NCBI GenBank assembly: GCA_965240325.2
Contig: OZ251234.1
Span: forward strand, 372,001-436,000
Origin: Rebecca billardiae RCC1528
Lineage: Eukaryota; Protista; Haptophyta
Length of the DNA: 64,000 nt
Direction: 5' to 3'
Below are positions 25,788 to 40,700 of this stretch, piece after piece (positions within the stretch are counted from its first letter, which is position 1; each line of letters opens with the position of its first letter). Both the position numbers and the translations under genes were made by a program. The notes beneath the pieces were generated by a model that worked only from the letters and a program-made list of their open reading frames with translations, was not told the DNA's origin and made no database searches.

Positions 25788-28700
25788 ACGCCGCCGCGCC
25801 CGCCCACGCCGCCGCCGCCGCCGACCCCGCCGCTCACGTGCGTGCTGGGTGACGTGCTCGTGCAGGGCGTGCGCGCCGAGTTGAGCGCAGCCGCGACCGG
25901 CCCGGGCTTTGCGCTCGACGGCACCTACTCGTCGACCTCGCCGACGTTCACGCGGGACTTTGGGTTCTTCTACGCGTACCCGCCGCAGACGAGCGGCGCC
26001 ATCGCGGCGACGATCCAGGGCTACTCGTACCTGCGCCGCTCGCGCAGCTTCTCGATGGCGCGCAGCGAGGTGGCGAGCGTGAGCGCCGTCGTGCGCACGG
26101 CGACGCTCTACTCGGGCCGCAACAAGGTGCGCGTCGCGTACCAGGTGCGCGATGAGGCGGGCCGCACGGACGTGGAGACGGGCGGGCTGACGGTGCAGCT
26201 CGCGCTCGCGCACTCGAGCGGCTCGCCGACGAGCACCACGTCGTGCTCGTCGCCGTCGACGGGCGGCATCGGCCTGTGCTCGGTGACGCTGAACAGCGGA
26301 TGGTTCTCGACGAGCGCGGGCTCTGCCACGGTGACGGTGACGGCCAAGTACGGCAGCACGGTCGCCGCGACGCACGCCGTGGGCTCCGTCGCGCTGGCGG
26401 CGTCGCCGGCGCACGGCACGCTCTCGTCGGCGGGCATGCTCGCCACGATGGCGACGGCGCCGCTGTACCCGACCGACTCGTTCGAGGTGAGCTTCCGCGC
26501 GCACACGGGCGCGTTTGCGCTCAAGTCGTGGTCGGTGCTGCTGCAGTACGACGCCTCCGTGCTGCAGTACGGCGGCGCGACGGGCAGCGCGCTGTACGCC
26601 GCGCCCACCGTGAGCCACAACGAGGCGGAGGGCCTCCTCGACGTGACGGCGCTCGACACCGCGGGCGGCGTCTCCAACGCGGCCGTGACGGGCAGCGCGG
26701 TGCACGTGCTCACGCTCACGTTCAGCGTGCGCGCCACCGCGCTCACCAACACGACGCACGCCGGCGTGCTCTCCTTCGTCGTCTCGTCGATGATCAACGC
26801 GGGCAACATCGAGTACGCCGCCGACGTGGCTGGCGACGTGGCCGACGACCGCGACGGCCTGCAGACCTCGGGCCGCGTGTTCGTCGAGGCGGTCGCGGCG
26901 GTGGGCGCGCACGCGTACACGGACGTGGCCGAGGTGGTGAACACCGCGCCGCTCACTGGCGACGCGATCAGCGCGCAGGTGACCGTGCTCGAGCACTACA
27001 ACCGCGACTCCGTCTCGTCGAGCGAGGAGACGTCGGGCTACCGCTGCTCGACCACCGACACCGCCGTGCTCTCCGTCAGCTCGTCGAGCTGCGCGGTGAC
27101 GATCACGGGCGCTCACACCGGCGGCGCGGCCTCGGCGACGATCACCGTCGCGTCCGTGGACGGCGCCGTGGGCGCGCAGACGCCGATGCGCGTGTGGTAC
27201 CCGCTGAGCGCGACGATGAGCGTGTCGGACGACGAGCTGCAGCGCGTCGAGCTGCTGTCGAACACGGCGTCGTGCGGCTCGCCCGGCTACCAGAGCGCCG
27301 AGGTGAGCGTCGTCGCCGACTTTGGCGGCGCGTTGCTCACGACGGTGAGCGGCGTCGACGTGAGCGCGCTGGTGACGCTCGCCTCGTCCGACGCGGCCGT
27401 GCTCAGCGTGTCCGGCTCGACGATGACCGGCCTCGCCGACGGCGTGGCGAACGTGACGCTGGGTGGCGGCGCGACGCTCGGGCTCTACGAGGCCGTGGGC
27501 GTGAGCGACGAGTACGTCAGCGTCAACCTGACCGCCGTGGTCGTGTCCAAGCTCGCGTGGTCGCCGCAGCCGCCGGGCAGCGTCGACGCCGCGCACGGCG
27601 AGACGGTCACGGCGGGCGCGGAGCTCGCGCAGGAGCTCGAGCTCGAGGGTGACACGGCGGGCATCTACGCGTGGGCGACGTTCAGCGACGGCGCGACGTA
27701 CGCCGTGCCGCAGGCGCAGCTCTCGCTCGCCGCCGAGTCGAACAACCTCTTCCTCTCCACGCCGAGCAGCTCGGCGCCCTGGCGGCTCACCGTCGCGGAC
27801 GGCGCGCGCCGCGACTGCGGCGCGCTCGTGCGTGTCGAGTGGAACGTGTGCGGCGCGATGGTGGCGCTGGACTACCCGGAGGTGACGCTCAACCTGCCGG
27901 GCGCCACGTCCATGACCATCAAGCCCGCGCGCTCGCGGCTCACCTCGCCCGACGACGACGCGCGCATGGTGCCCGTCTCGATCGCCACGTGGAGCGCTCT
28001 CTCGGTCGACGTCGAGTACGAGACGGGCGACGTGGTCGACCTCACGGGCGACGCGCGGATCCGGCTGCGCGTGGCGGACGCGTCGGCGGGCTGCGCGGAG
28101 ATGACGAGCTCGTTCACCGTCGCCATCAAGGCGGGCGCGGCGTGCACCTCGATCGAGCTCGAGGGCAGCGCCATCGGCCTGGGCGTGTCCACGAGCGTCG
28201 TGATCCCTGTCGTGTACGTGCAGCACGCGTACCTGGGGCTCTCGCCCTACCCCACCTACTCGGGCTCGTCGAGCGTGGTGACGACGACGCTGCGCAAGAT
28301 CGACTGCACGGACTTCTACCAGCACGCGATCGCGATCGCGACCGTCGTCCTCACCGACGCGTCCGAGGTGCAGGTGACCGGGCAGAGCGCCTTCTCGTCG
28401 TCCGACTCGGCGCTCGTGAACGTCGACGAGCGCGAGATCGAGGGTCTCGCCGTGGGTGCGGTCAACATCACCGCGCTGTGGGCGTCGACGACGAGCCGGC
28501 CGTACGCGCTGTCGGTGTCGGACGACCCGGTGCTCGTCACCACCCTGCGCCTCAGCTTCGCCGGCCTCTCCGCCTCCACGCTCGTCGGGCCGGTCGGCAC
28601 GGAGCGCGCGACGCGCGTGCGCGTCGTGTTCGACGACGGCACCGAGTTCAGCAACTTCTTCACCAAGGTGGACTGGATCGTGCCGACGTCGGCGCTGCTC

Positions 28701-31700
28701 ACCTTCTCGAGCGACGCGCCGACGGCGGTCGGCGTCTCCACGGACGGCGTGCTCGCGCTGTACAACAACCACCCGACGCTCGTCTCGATCGCCGTCTTCA
28801 ACGCGTGCAACGCGGCCGTCTCGGACAGCAGCTCGCTCGCGGCCAACCTCGCCGCCGAGGAGCGCGACGTCGACCTCGGCCACCGCTTCGGGCTGCAGTT
28901 CGACCAGTTCGGGGACACGGTCGAGGTGAACGTGCGCATCAACGCCAACGGCGACCTCAAGAACTTCCAGCTCGACATCAAGTTCGACGACTCGGTCCTT
29001 CGCGCGAGCGAGTGCGACCAGGGCGCCGAGTGGCAGGGCCTGTGGTCGTGCACGCTCAACGACCCGACCGACACGGTCACGGTCGTGGGCAACGACGCCG
29101 AGTCGACGGTGTCGGGCGACGACGTGGAGGTGGCGATCATCTACCTCACCGTGCAGTCCACCGCGCTCACGCAGATCCGCGGCACCGTCGTCGAGCTCAT
29201 CCAGTACGTGGGCGACACCGAGGAGCGCATCACGGGCGAGGAGATCTTTGCGGGCAAGGGCAACGTGCAGGTCACGTTCAGCCGGCGCCGCGCGCTCGCC
29301 GAGGTGCAGGAGCGCGCGCGCCACCGGCGCGCAGCACGCATCGCGGCGGCGCCGCCACGCCGGCGCCTGCAGTCCTCCTTCTCCACCGCCGAGATCGTCG
29401 ACCTGGTGTACGAGGAGTGGAACATGGACGGCGACTGCGCGTCCAAGTGTGCCGTGCTCGGCGACCTGGACGGCGACTGCGTCTTCTCGTCGTACGACGT
29501 GTTCGCGGGCTCGATCGTGCTGAGCGGCATCTCGCTCGGCGTGGTGACGTTCGGCGACCTGTGCCCGACGATCCAGAGCCGGCTCAACCCGAACCTGGAC
29601 AGCGACTTTGGGCTGACCGACATCCGGTACCTGCTGCTCACGGTCGGGCGCAAGCTGCACTTTGTGACGGACGTGTCGTTCGACGCGAGCCGGATGTTCG
29701 CGGGGACGCAGAACGACCTTGCGGTCGCCGTGACGCTGCGCAACTACGCGGGCGAGCCAGTCTCGACGCAGACGGGCATGCGCGCGGAGATCGCGTACCT
29801 GGCGTCTGAGGGCACGCCCGAGTACAACATCGGCTCGTCGGACGGCACGTCGCCGGCTGGGTACTGGCTGTCCAACCTGGCGCTGACGAACGCTTCGGCG
29901 GGCGTGTACTCGGTGCACGTGCACCCGGACTCGTTCTGGCTGGCCAGCCGCGCCTTTGGCATTGCGGTCATGCTCGAGACCGTCGACGCCTCTGGCGGGA
30001 GCACGTCGGACCGCAACATCGCCTTCTTTGGCAGCAGCGCGTCGCCGTACTCGGAGCAGGGCTCGTCGTTCTCGCCGTACGGCAGCGTCAGCGTGGTTGG
30101 CAGCCTGCCGCCGTCCAGCCCTCCGACGCCGCCGCCGCCGAGCCCGCCATCGGAGCCGCCATCTTCGCCGCCTGGCGCGCCGCCCCCTCCGCCGCCATCG
30201 CCGCCGCCAAGCCCGCCGCCGTCGCGGCCACCGCCTCCACCGCCATCGCCCCCGCCGAGCCCACCTCCGTCGCCACCTCCGCCACCGCCACCAAGCCCGC
30301 CACCGAGCCCGCCGCCATCGCCGCCGCCGCCGCCGCCGCCGACGCCCCCTCCGCCCAGTCCGCCGCCGCCGCCACCGCCAGCACCGCCGCCGCCGCCGCC
30401 GCCGACGCCCCCACCGCCAGGGAGTCCGCCGAGCCCGCCGCCTTCGCCGCCGCCACCGCCTCCGACCCCTCCACCGCCCTCGCCCACTCCACCCTCGCTG
30501 CCGCCTCCACGACCCGCCCCTCCGCCATCGCAGCCGCCATCGTCACCGCCGGGCGCGCCCAGCTCACCGCCGCCGCTGTCGCCGCCGCCGGCGCCTCCTC
30601 GCCAGTGCGAGTATTCCGCGGACGACCTCGTGGCGGGCGCCTCCGCCGTGTTCGAGGCGAGCGCGTCGGGCCCGGGCTTTGCGCTCGACGGCACGTACTC
30701 GTCGACCAACCCGACCTTCTCGGAGGACTTTGGCTTCTTCTACGCGTACCCGCCGCAGACGAGCGGCCGCGTGACCGCGTCGATCCAGGGCTACTCGTAC
30801 CTCGAGCGCTCGCGCTCGTTCAAGATGAGCCGCAGCGAGGTGGCGAGCGTCAGTGCCGTCGTGCGCACGACGACGCTGCACGAGGGCGAGAACCGCAACC
30901 TGCTCCGCGTCGCGTACCAGGTGCGCGACGATGCGGGCCGCACGGACGTGGAGACGAGCGGGCTGACGGTGCAGGTGGAGCTTGCGCACTCGGCAGGCTC
31001 GCCGACAAGCACCACTTCGTGCTCGTCGCCGTCGACGGGCGGCATCGGCCTGTGCTCGGTGACGCTGAACAGCGGATGGTTCTCGACGAGCGCGGGCTCT
31101 GCCACGGTGACGGTGACGGCCAAGTACGGCAGCACGGTCGCCGCGACGCACGCCGTGGGCTCCGTCGCGCTGGCGGCGTCGCCGACGCACGGCACGCTCT
31201 CGTCGGCGGGCATGCTCGCCACGATGGTCTCGTCGCCGCAGTACCCGACCGACTCGTTCGACGTGGTGATCACCGCGCACGCGGGCGCCTTTGCGCTCAA
31301 GTCGTGGGAGCTCTTCCTGCAGTACGACACGTCTGTGCTCGAGTACCGCCAGCACACGGGCGGCTCGGACTACGCGACGCCGACGGTGAGTATCAGCACG
31401 GCGAACGGCGAGCTGAGCGCGTCGGCCCTCGACATCGTCACGACTGAGGGCGACGTGTCGGGCACGGACGTGTGGGTGCTCACCGTCCAGTTCCGTGTCG
31501 TGGGCTCTGCTGCCACGGGCGTGACGCATCCGGACGTGCTGTCGTTCAACGTGGTGTCGATGATCAACGCGGGGACGGTCGAGTACCTGGCTGACACTGC
31601 GGGCTTCGTGGCCGACGACCGTGACGGCCTGCAGTCGTCGGGCCATCTCGCCGTCGAGGCGGTCCTCGCGGTGGGCGCGCACGCGTACACGGACATCGTC

Positions 31701-34700
31701 GAGGTGGTGAACACCGCGCCGCTCACGGGCGATGCGATCAGCGCGCAGGTGAGCGTGCTCGAGCACTACAACCGCGCAGCGAAGGCATCCCTCGAGCAGA
31801 CGTCGTCGTACGCGTGCAGCACAACCTCGGCGACGGTGCTCTCGGTGGACGGCTCGACGTGCGCTGTGACGCTCTCGGGCGCGCACAGCGCGGGCGCGGC
31901 GTCGGCCGTGATCGACGTGGTCTCCGGCTCGCTGAGCGCGCAGACGCCGATGCGCGTGTGGTACCCGCTGAGCGCGACAATGAGCGTGTCGGACGCCGCT
32001 CTCGAGCGCGTCGAGCTGCTGCAGAGCGCGGCGTCGTGCGGCTCGCCGGGCTACCAGAGCGCCGAGGTGAGCGTCGTCGCCGACTTTGGCGGCGCGTCGC
32101 TCACGACGGTGAGCGGCGTCGACGTGAGCGCGGTGGTGACGCTCGTCTCGGGCGACAGCGGCGTGGTGACCGTCGACGGCTCGATGGTGACTGGCGTGGG
32201 CGCCGGCTCGACGAGCGTGTCGCTCGGAGGCGGCGCGACGTCGCCGGCGAGCGCGAGCGTGAGCGTGAGCGACGTTGTGCTGTCGGCCAACCTGACGGCG
32301 GTCGCCATCTCCGACTTCTCGTGGACGTCCGCGCCGCCGTCCAAGGTGCCGGCCACGCCTGCCACGTACTCGTTCACCACGGGCGCGCAGGTTGCGCAGG
32401 TGCTCGCACTGGAGGGCGACGAGGCGGGCGTGTACGGCTGGGCAACGTTCTCGGACGGCACACGGGCGAAGGTGCCGCCGGCGCAGCTGCAGCTCACGTC
32501 GCTCACGTCCAGCATCGAGCTGACGTCGGGCAGCTCATCGACGCCGTGGAAGCTCGAGGTGGCGACGGGCGCGGTGTACGGCTGCGGCAAGCTGCTGTAC
32601 GCCGAGTGGAGCGTGTGCGGCACCGTGGTCGCCGACACGCACGCGCTGGTCTTCCTCGACATGCCGCAGCCGTCTGGGCTGCGCGTGTCGTCCTCGCGCT
32701 CGTATCTGACCTCGCCGGACGATCCGGTGGCCTCGGCGCCCGTGTCGATCGCGTCGTCTGCCAGCCTCACTGTGATCGTCGACTACGAGACGGGCACATC
32801 TGCGGACTTCACGGGCGATGAGCGCGTGTCGGTGACGGTGGACGCTGGCTCGGCGAGCTGCGCGCAGATGTCGGCGTCGAGCACGGTGTCCATCGTGAGC
32901 GGCGCGACGTGCTCGTCGATCACCCTCTCGGTGAGCGCGTTTGGGCTGTCGACGACGCTGGAGATCCCGGTGGTGTACCTCGACTACATGTACGTGTTCG
33001 CGTCGCCGTACCCGTCGTTCAGCGGCTCGACGAGCATGGAGAAGACGACGCTGCGCCGCATCGACTGCACGGACGCGTACCAGCACGCGAGCACCGTGGC
33101 GATCGCGGTGATCACCGGCGGGTACCCCGACCAGGCGGTGACGTCGCACGCGCTGTTCACCTCGTCGAACAGCTCGGTGATCGAGATCGACGCCAACCTG
33201 TACACGCGGCTGCGCGGCACGAACGCGGGCGCGACGAACGTGACGGCCGCGTGGGCGGGCGCGACGAGCCTGGCGTACCCGATGGTCGTGTCGAACGAGC
33301 CGGTCCTGGTGACCCAGCTCACGCTGACGTTCCGCGGCCTGACGAGCAACACGCTGTACGGGTCTGTGGGCACTCGGCGCGAGGTGAAGGTGCGCGTCGA
33401 GTTTGACGACGGCACCGAGTTCCCCAACTTCATCACGCAGGTGGAGTCGGACTGGATCCCGACGTCGGACCTGCTGCTCTTCTCGAGCGACGCGACGAGT
33501 GCAGTCACCGTCGACACCGAGGGCGAGATGACGCTCCGGGGCAACCACTACGCGCTCGTGACGATGACGGTCACGTCGGCGTGCAACGCTGCGATGCTGG
33601 ACACGAGCCAGCTCGCCGCCAACCTCGCGGCGGAGGATGGCGACGTTGACCTGGGCAACATCTACGGCGTGCAGTTCGACCAGTTTGGCGACACGGTCGA
33701 GATCCTGGTGCGCATCCACTCGGGCGGCGACCTGAAGAACTTCCAGATCGACATCAAGTTCGACCCGTCGGTGTTTGTCGCGAGCGCGTGCAACCAGGGC
33801 GCCGACTGGGGCGGCCTCTGGTCGTGCACGCGCAACGACCCGGTCGACGTGGTGACGGTGGTGGGCAACGACGCGGAGTCGACGGCTTCGGGCACGGACG
33901 TGGAGGTTGCCGTGGTGTTCCTCACGGTGCAGGGCTCGACGCTGTCCGAGATCAGCGGCGAGGTCGTCGAGCTGATCCAGTACGTGGACGGCGTCGAGGT
34001 GCGCACCGGTCCAGAGGCCCTGTTCGCGGGCAACGGCTTTGTGTCGACGAGCGCGGGCGGCGCGCGCCGGCTCGCCGAGGTGCAGCAGCGCTCGCAGCGT
34101 CGGCAGCAGGCGCGCCTGGCGGCGATGCCGCCGCGCCGGCGTCTGCAGTCGTCCTTCTCCGAGTCGGACATCATCGACCTGGTGTACGAGGAGTGGAACA
34201 TGGACGGCGACTGCGCGTCCAAGTGCGCCGTGCTGGGCGACCTGGACGGCGACTGCGTCTTCTCGTCGTACGACGTGTTCGCGGGCTCGATCGTGCTGAG
34301 CGGCATCTCGCTCGGCGCGGTGACGTTCGGCGACCTGTGCCCGACGATCCAGAGCCGGCTCAACCCGAACCTGGACAGCGACTTTGGGCTGACCGACATC
34401 CGGTACCTGCTGCTCACGGTCGGGCGCAAGCTGCACTTTGTGACGGACGTGTCGTTCGACGCGAGCCAGATGTTCGCGGGGACGCAGAACGACCTTGCGG
34501 TCGCCGTGACGCTGCGCAACTACGCGGGCGACGCCGTCTCGACGCAGACGGGCATGCGCGCGGAGATCGCGTACCTGGCGTCTGAGGGCACGCCCGAGTA
34601 CGCCGCCGGCTCGTCGGACGGCACGTCGCCGGCTGGGTACTGGCTGTCCAACCTGGCGCTGACGGACGCGTCTGAGGGCGTGTACTCGGTGCACGTGCAC

Positions 34701-37700
34701 CCGACGACGTTCTGGCTGCCGTCGCGCACGTTCGGCATCGCCTTCATGCTCGAGACGGTCGACGCGTCGGGCGGCTCTGAGAGCGAGCGCAACTTCGCCT
34801 TCTTCGGCAGCAGCGCGTCGCCGTACTCGGAGCAGGGCTCGTCGTTCTCGCCGTACGGCACTGTCAGCGTGGTCGGCGCCCTCCCGCCTTCGCCGCCGCC
34901 GAGCCCGCCGCCAACGCCGCCGCCGTCCCCGCCGCCACCGTCACCAGCGCCTCCTCCACCGCCTTCCTCCCCTCCTCCGCCTCCTCCGCCTCCTCCGCCG
35001 AGCACACCGCCTCCCAGCCCGCTTCCTCCATCCCCCTACTTGCCTCCGTCCAGGCCACCTTCTCCTCCGCCCTCGCCGTTGACGCCGCCGTCCCTGCCGC
35101 CTGCTGAGCCGCGATCGCCGCCGCCGCTGTCGCCGCCGCCGGCGCCTCCTCGCCAGTGCGAGTATTCCGCGGACGACCTCGTGGCGGGCGCCTCCGCCGT
35201 GTTCGAGGCGAGCGCGTCGGGCCCGGGCTTTGCGCTCGACGGCACCTACTCGTCGACCAACCCGACCTTCTCGGAGGACTTTGGCTTTTTCTACGCGTAC
35301 CCGCCGCAGACGAACGGCCGCGTGACCGCGTCGATCCAGGGCTACTCGTACCTCGAGCGCTCGCGCTCGTTCAAGATGAGCCGCAGCGAGGTGTCGAGCG
35401 TCAGTGCCGTCGTGCGCACGACGACGCTGCACGAGGGCGAGAACCGCAACCTGCTCCGCGTCGCGTACCAGGTGCGCGACGATGCGGGCCGCACGGACGT
35501 GGAGACGAGCGGGCTGACGGTGCAGGTGGAGCTTGCGCACTCGGCAGGCTCGCCGACAAGCACCACTTCGTGCTCGTCGCCGTCGACGGGCGGCATCGGC
35601 CTGTGCTCGGTGACGCTGAACAGCGGATGGTTCTCGACGAGCGCGGGCTCTGCCACGGTGACGGTGACGGCCAAGTACGGCAGCACGGTCGCCGCGACGC
35701 ACGCCGTGGGCTCCGTCGCGCTGGCGGCGTCGCCGACGCACGGCACGCTGTCGTCGGCGGGCATGCTCGCCACGATGGTCTCGTCGCCGCAGTACAGGTT
35801 CGACGAGTTCGACGTGGTGATCACCGCGCACGCGGGCGCCTTTGCGCTCAAGTCGTGGGAGCTCTTCCTGCAGTACGACACGTCTGTGCTCGAGTACCGC
35901 CAGCACACGGGCGGCTCGGACTACGCGACGCCGACGGTGAGTATCAGCACGGCGAACGGCGAGCTGAGCGCGTCGGCCCTCGACATCGTCACGACTGAGG
36001 GCGACGTGTCGGGCACGGACGTGTGGGTGCTCACCGTCCAGTTCCGTGTCGTGGGCTCTGCTGCCACGGGCGTGACGCATCCGGACGTGCTGTCGTTCAA
36101 CGTGGTGTCGATGATCAACGCGGGGACGGTCGAGTACCTGGCTGACACTGCGGGCTTCGTGGCCGACGACCGCGACGGCCTGCAGTCGTCGGGCCGTCTC
36201 GCCGTCGAGGCGGTCCTCGCGGTGGGCGCGCACGCATACACGGACATCGTCGAGGTGGTGAACACCGCGCCGCTCACGGGCGACGCGATCAGCGCGCAGG
36301 TGAGCGTGCTCGAGCACTACAACCGCGCGTCCACGTCGTCGAGCGAGGAGACGTCGTCGTACGCGTGCAGCACGACCTCAGCGACGGTGCTCTCAGTGGA
36401 CGGCTCGACGTGCGCCGTGACGCTCTCGGGCGCGCACAGCGCGGGCGCGGCGTCGGCCGTGATCGACGTGGTCTCGGGCTCGCTGAGCGCGCAGACGCCG
36501 ATGCGCGTGTGGTACCCGCTGAGCGCGACGATGAGCGTGTCGGACGCCGCTCTCGAGCGCGTCGAGCTGCTGCAGAGCGCGGCGTCGTGTGGCTCGCCGG
36601 GCTACCAGAGCGCCGAGGTGAGCGTCGTCGCCGACTTTGGCGGCGCGTCGCTCACGACGGTGAGCAACGTCGACGTGAGTTCGCTGGTGACGCTCGTCTC
36701 GGGCGACAGCGGCGTGGCGACCGTCGACGGCTTGATGGTGACGGGCGTGGGCGCCGGCTCGACGAGCGTGTCGCTCGGCGGCGGCGCAACGTCGCCGGCG
36801 AGCGCGAGCGTGAGCGTGAGCGACGTGGTGCTGACGGCCAACCTGACGGCGGTCGCCATCTCCGACTTCTCGTGGACGTCCGCGCCGCCGTCCAAGGTGC
36901 CGGCCACGCCTGCCACGTACTCGTTCACCACGGGCGCGCAGGTGGCGCAGGTGCTCGAGCTGGAGGGCGACGAGGCGGGCGTGTACGGCTGGGCAACGTT
37001 CTCGGACGGCACGCGGGCGAAGGTGTCCCCGACGCAGCTGCAGCTCACGTCGCTCACGTCCAGCATCGAGCTGACGTCGGGCAGCTCATCGACGCCGTGG
37101 AAGCTCGAGGTGGCGACTGGCGCGGTGTACGGCTGCGGCAAGCTGCTGTACGCGGAGTGGAGCGTGTGCGGCACCGTGGTCGCCGACACGCACGCGCTGG
37201 TCTTCCTCGATATGCCGCAGCCGTCTGGGCTGCGCGTGTCGTCCTCGCGCTCGTATCTGACTTCGCCGGACGATCCGGTGGCCTCGCCGCCCGTGTCGAT
37301 CGCGTCGTCTGCCAGCCTCACTGTGATCGTCGACTACGAGACGGGCACATCTGCGGACTTCACGGGCGATGAGCGCGTGTCGGTGACGGTGGACGCTGGC
37401 TCGGCGAGCTGCGCGCAGATGTCGGCGTCGAGCACGGTGTCCATCGTGAGCGGCGCGACGTGCTCGTCGATCACCCTCTCGGTGAGCGCGTTTGGGCTGT
37501 CGACGACGCTGGAGATCCCGGTGGTGTACCTCGACTACATGTACGTGTTCGCGTCGCCGTACCCGTCGTTCAGCGGCTCGACGAGCATGGAGAAGACGAC
37601 GCTGCGCCGCATCGACTGCACGGACGCGTACCAGCACGCGAGCACCGTGGCGATCGCGGTGATCACCGGCGGGTACCCCGACCAGGCGGTGACGTCGCAC

Positions 37701-40700
37701 GCGCTGTTCACCTCGTCGAACAGCTCGGTGATCGAGATCGACGCCAACCTGTACACGCGGCTGCGCGGCACGAACGCGGGCGCGACGAACGTGACGGCCG
37801 CGTGGGCGGGCGCGACGAGCCTGGCGTACCCGATGGTCGTGTCGAACGAGCCGGTCCTGGTGACCCAGCTCACGCTGACGTTCCGCGGCCTGACGAGCAA
37901 CACGCTGTACGGGTCTGTGGGCACTCGGCGCGAGGTGAAGGTGCGCGTCGAGTTTGACGACGGCACCGAGTTCCCCAACTTCATCACGCAGGTGGAGTCG
38001 GACTGGATCCCGACGTCGGACCTGCTGCTCTTCTCGAGCGACGCGACGAGTGCAGTCACCGTCGACACCGAGGGCGAGATGACGCTCCGGGGCAACCACT
38101 ACGCGCTCGTGACGATGACGGTCACGTCGGCGTGCAACGCTGCGATGCTGGACACGAGCCAGCTCGCCGCCAACCTCGCGGCGGAGGATGGCGACGTTGA
38201 CCTGGGCAACATCTACGGCGTGCAGTTCGACCAGTTTGGCGACACGGTCGAGATCCTGGTGCGCATCCACTCGGGCGGCGACCTGAAGAACTTCCAGATC
38301 GACATCAAGTTCGACCCGTCGGTGTTTGTCGCGAGCGCGTGCAACCAGGGCGCCGACTGGGGCGGCCTCTGGTCGTGCACGCGCAACGACCCGGTCGACG
38401 TGGTGACGGTGGTCGGCAACGACGCGGAGTCGACGGCTTCGGGCACGGACGTGGAGGTTGCCGTGGTGTTCCTCACGGTGCAGGGCTCGACGCTGTCCGA
38501 GATCAGCGGCGAGGTCGTCGAGCTGATCCAGTACGTGGACGGCGTCGAGGTGCGCACCGGTCCAGAGGCCCTGTTCGCGGGCAACGGCTTTGTGTCGACG
38601 AGCGCGGGCGGCGCGCGCCGGCTCGCCGAGGTGCAGCAGCGCTCGCAGCGTCGGCAGCAGGCGCGCCTGGCGGCGATGCCGCCGCGCCGGCGTCTGCAGT
38701 CGTCCTTCTCCGAGTCGGACATCATCGACCTGGTGTACGAGGAGTGGAACATGGACGGCGACTGCGCGTCCAAGTGCGCCGTGCTGGGCGACCTGGACGG
38801 CGACTGCGTCTTCTCGTCGTACGACGTGTTCGCGGGCTCGATCGTGCTGAGCGGCATCTCGCTCGGCGCGGTGACGTTCGGCGACCTGTGCCCGACGATC
38901 CAGAGCCGGCTCAACCCGAACCTGGACAGCGACTTTGGGCTGACCGACATCCGGTACCTGCTGCTCACGGTCGGGCGCAAGCTGCACTTTGTGACGGACG
39001 TGTCGTTCGACGCGAGCCAGATGTTCGCGGGGACGCAGAACGACCTTGCGGTAGCCGTGACGCTGCGCAACTACGCGGGCGACGCCGTCTCGACGCAGAC
39101 GGGCATGCGCGCGGAGATCGCGTACCTGGCGTCTGAGGGCACGCCCGAGTACGCCACCGGCTCGTCGGACGGCACGTCGCCGGCTGGGTACTGGCTGTCC
39201 AACCTGGCGCTGACGGACGCGTCTGAGGGCGTGTACTCGGTGCACGTGCACCCGACGACGTTCTGGCTGCCGTCGCGCACGTTCGGCATCGCCTTCATGC
39301 TCGAGACGGTCGACGCGTCGGGCGGCTCTGAGAGCGAGCGCAACTTCGCCTTCTTCGGCAGCAGCGCGTCGCCGTACTCGGAGCAGGGCTCGTCGTTCTC
39401 GCCGTACGGCAGCGTCAGCGTGGTTGGCAGCCTGCCGCCGTCCAGCCCTCCGACGCCGCCGCCGAGCGTGCCTCCGAGCACGCCGCCCTCGTCTCCTCCG
39501 CCAAGCCAGCCCCCAAGCTCCCCACCGAGCTCACCCCCGCCAAGCCAGCCACCAGGCTCCCCACCGCCGCCACCACCCTCTCCGCCACCGGGCTCGCCAC
39601 CTTTCACTCCGCCTCGGTCTCCGCCCCCTGTGTCTCCGCCAACACCACCGCCACTCCCTCCTTCGCCCACACCGCCGCCGCCGTCGCCGCCGCCCCCGTC
39701 GCCGCCCCCACCGAATCTCCTCCCTGCACCACCGCCCTCGCCTCCTCGCCAGTGCGAGCTTTCCGCGGACGACCTCGTGGCGGGCGCCTCCGCCGTGTTC
39801 GAGGCGAGCGCGTCGGGCCCGGGCTTTGCGCTCGACGGCACGTACTCGTCGACCAACCCGACCTTCTCGGAGGACTTTGGCTTCTTCTACGCGTACCCGC
39901 CGCAGACGAGCGGCCGCGTGACCGCGTCGATCCAGGGCTTCTCGTACCTCTCGCGCTCGCGGAGCTTCCGCATGGACCGCAGCGCCGTGACCAGCGTGAG
40001 TGCCATCGTGCGCACGGGCACGCTGTACGAGGACCGCAACAAGCTGCGCGTCGCGTACCAGGTGCGCGACGCAGCGGGCCGCACGGACGTGGACACGAGC
40101 GGGCTGACGGTGCAGCTCGCGCTCGTGCACACTTCGGGCTCGCAGACCAGCACCACTACGTGCTCGTCCCCGTCCGACGGTGGTATCAGCTCGTGCTCCA
40201 TGACGCTCGGCAGCGGATGGTTCTCGACCGGTGCGGGCTTGGCCACGGTGACGGTGACGGCCAAGTACGGCAGCACGGTTGCTGCGACGCACTCTGTCGG
40301 CACCGTCACTCTCGCGCCCTCGCCGACGCACGGCACGCTGTCGTCGGCGGGCATGCTCGCCACGATGGTGGCGGCGCCGCTGTATCCTACAGACACATTC
40401 GACGTGGTGATCACCGCGCACGCGGGCGCCTTTGCGCTCAAGTCGTGGGAGCTCTTCCTGCAGTACGACACGTCTGTGCTCGAGTACCGCCAGCACACGG
40501 GCGGCTCGGACTACGCGACGCCGACGGTGAGTATCAGCACGGCGAATGGCGAGCTGAGCGCGTCGGCCCTCGACATCGTCACGACTGAGGGCGACGTGTC
40601 GGGCACGGACGTGTGGGTGCTCACCGTCCAGTTCCGTGTCGTGGGCTCTGCTGCCACGGGCGTGACGCATCCGGACGTGCTGTCGTTCAACATGGTGTCG

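Noticed and set aside
6365-25852. Long alternative-frame + strand ORFs (6365-13288, 13478-16990, 19199-25852) with AAEPAA repeats
   Set aside because: Frame-shifted readings of the CCG-AGC proline tracts, with no independent coding signal.
15861-29924. 4,687-aa minus-strand ORF, plus 53433-62735, 8436-13841, 46641-50876 and similar
   Set aside because: Shadow ORFs. Extreme GC3 bias in the real gene removes stops from antisense frames, and the products are Arg/Ala/Gly low-complexity with no domain pattern.
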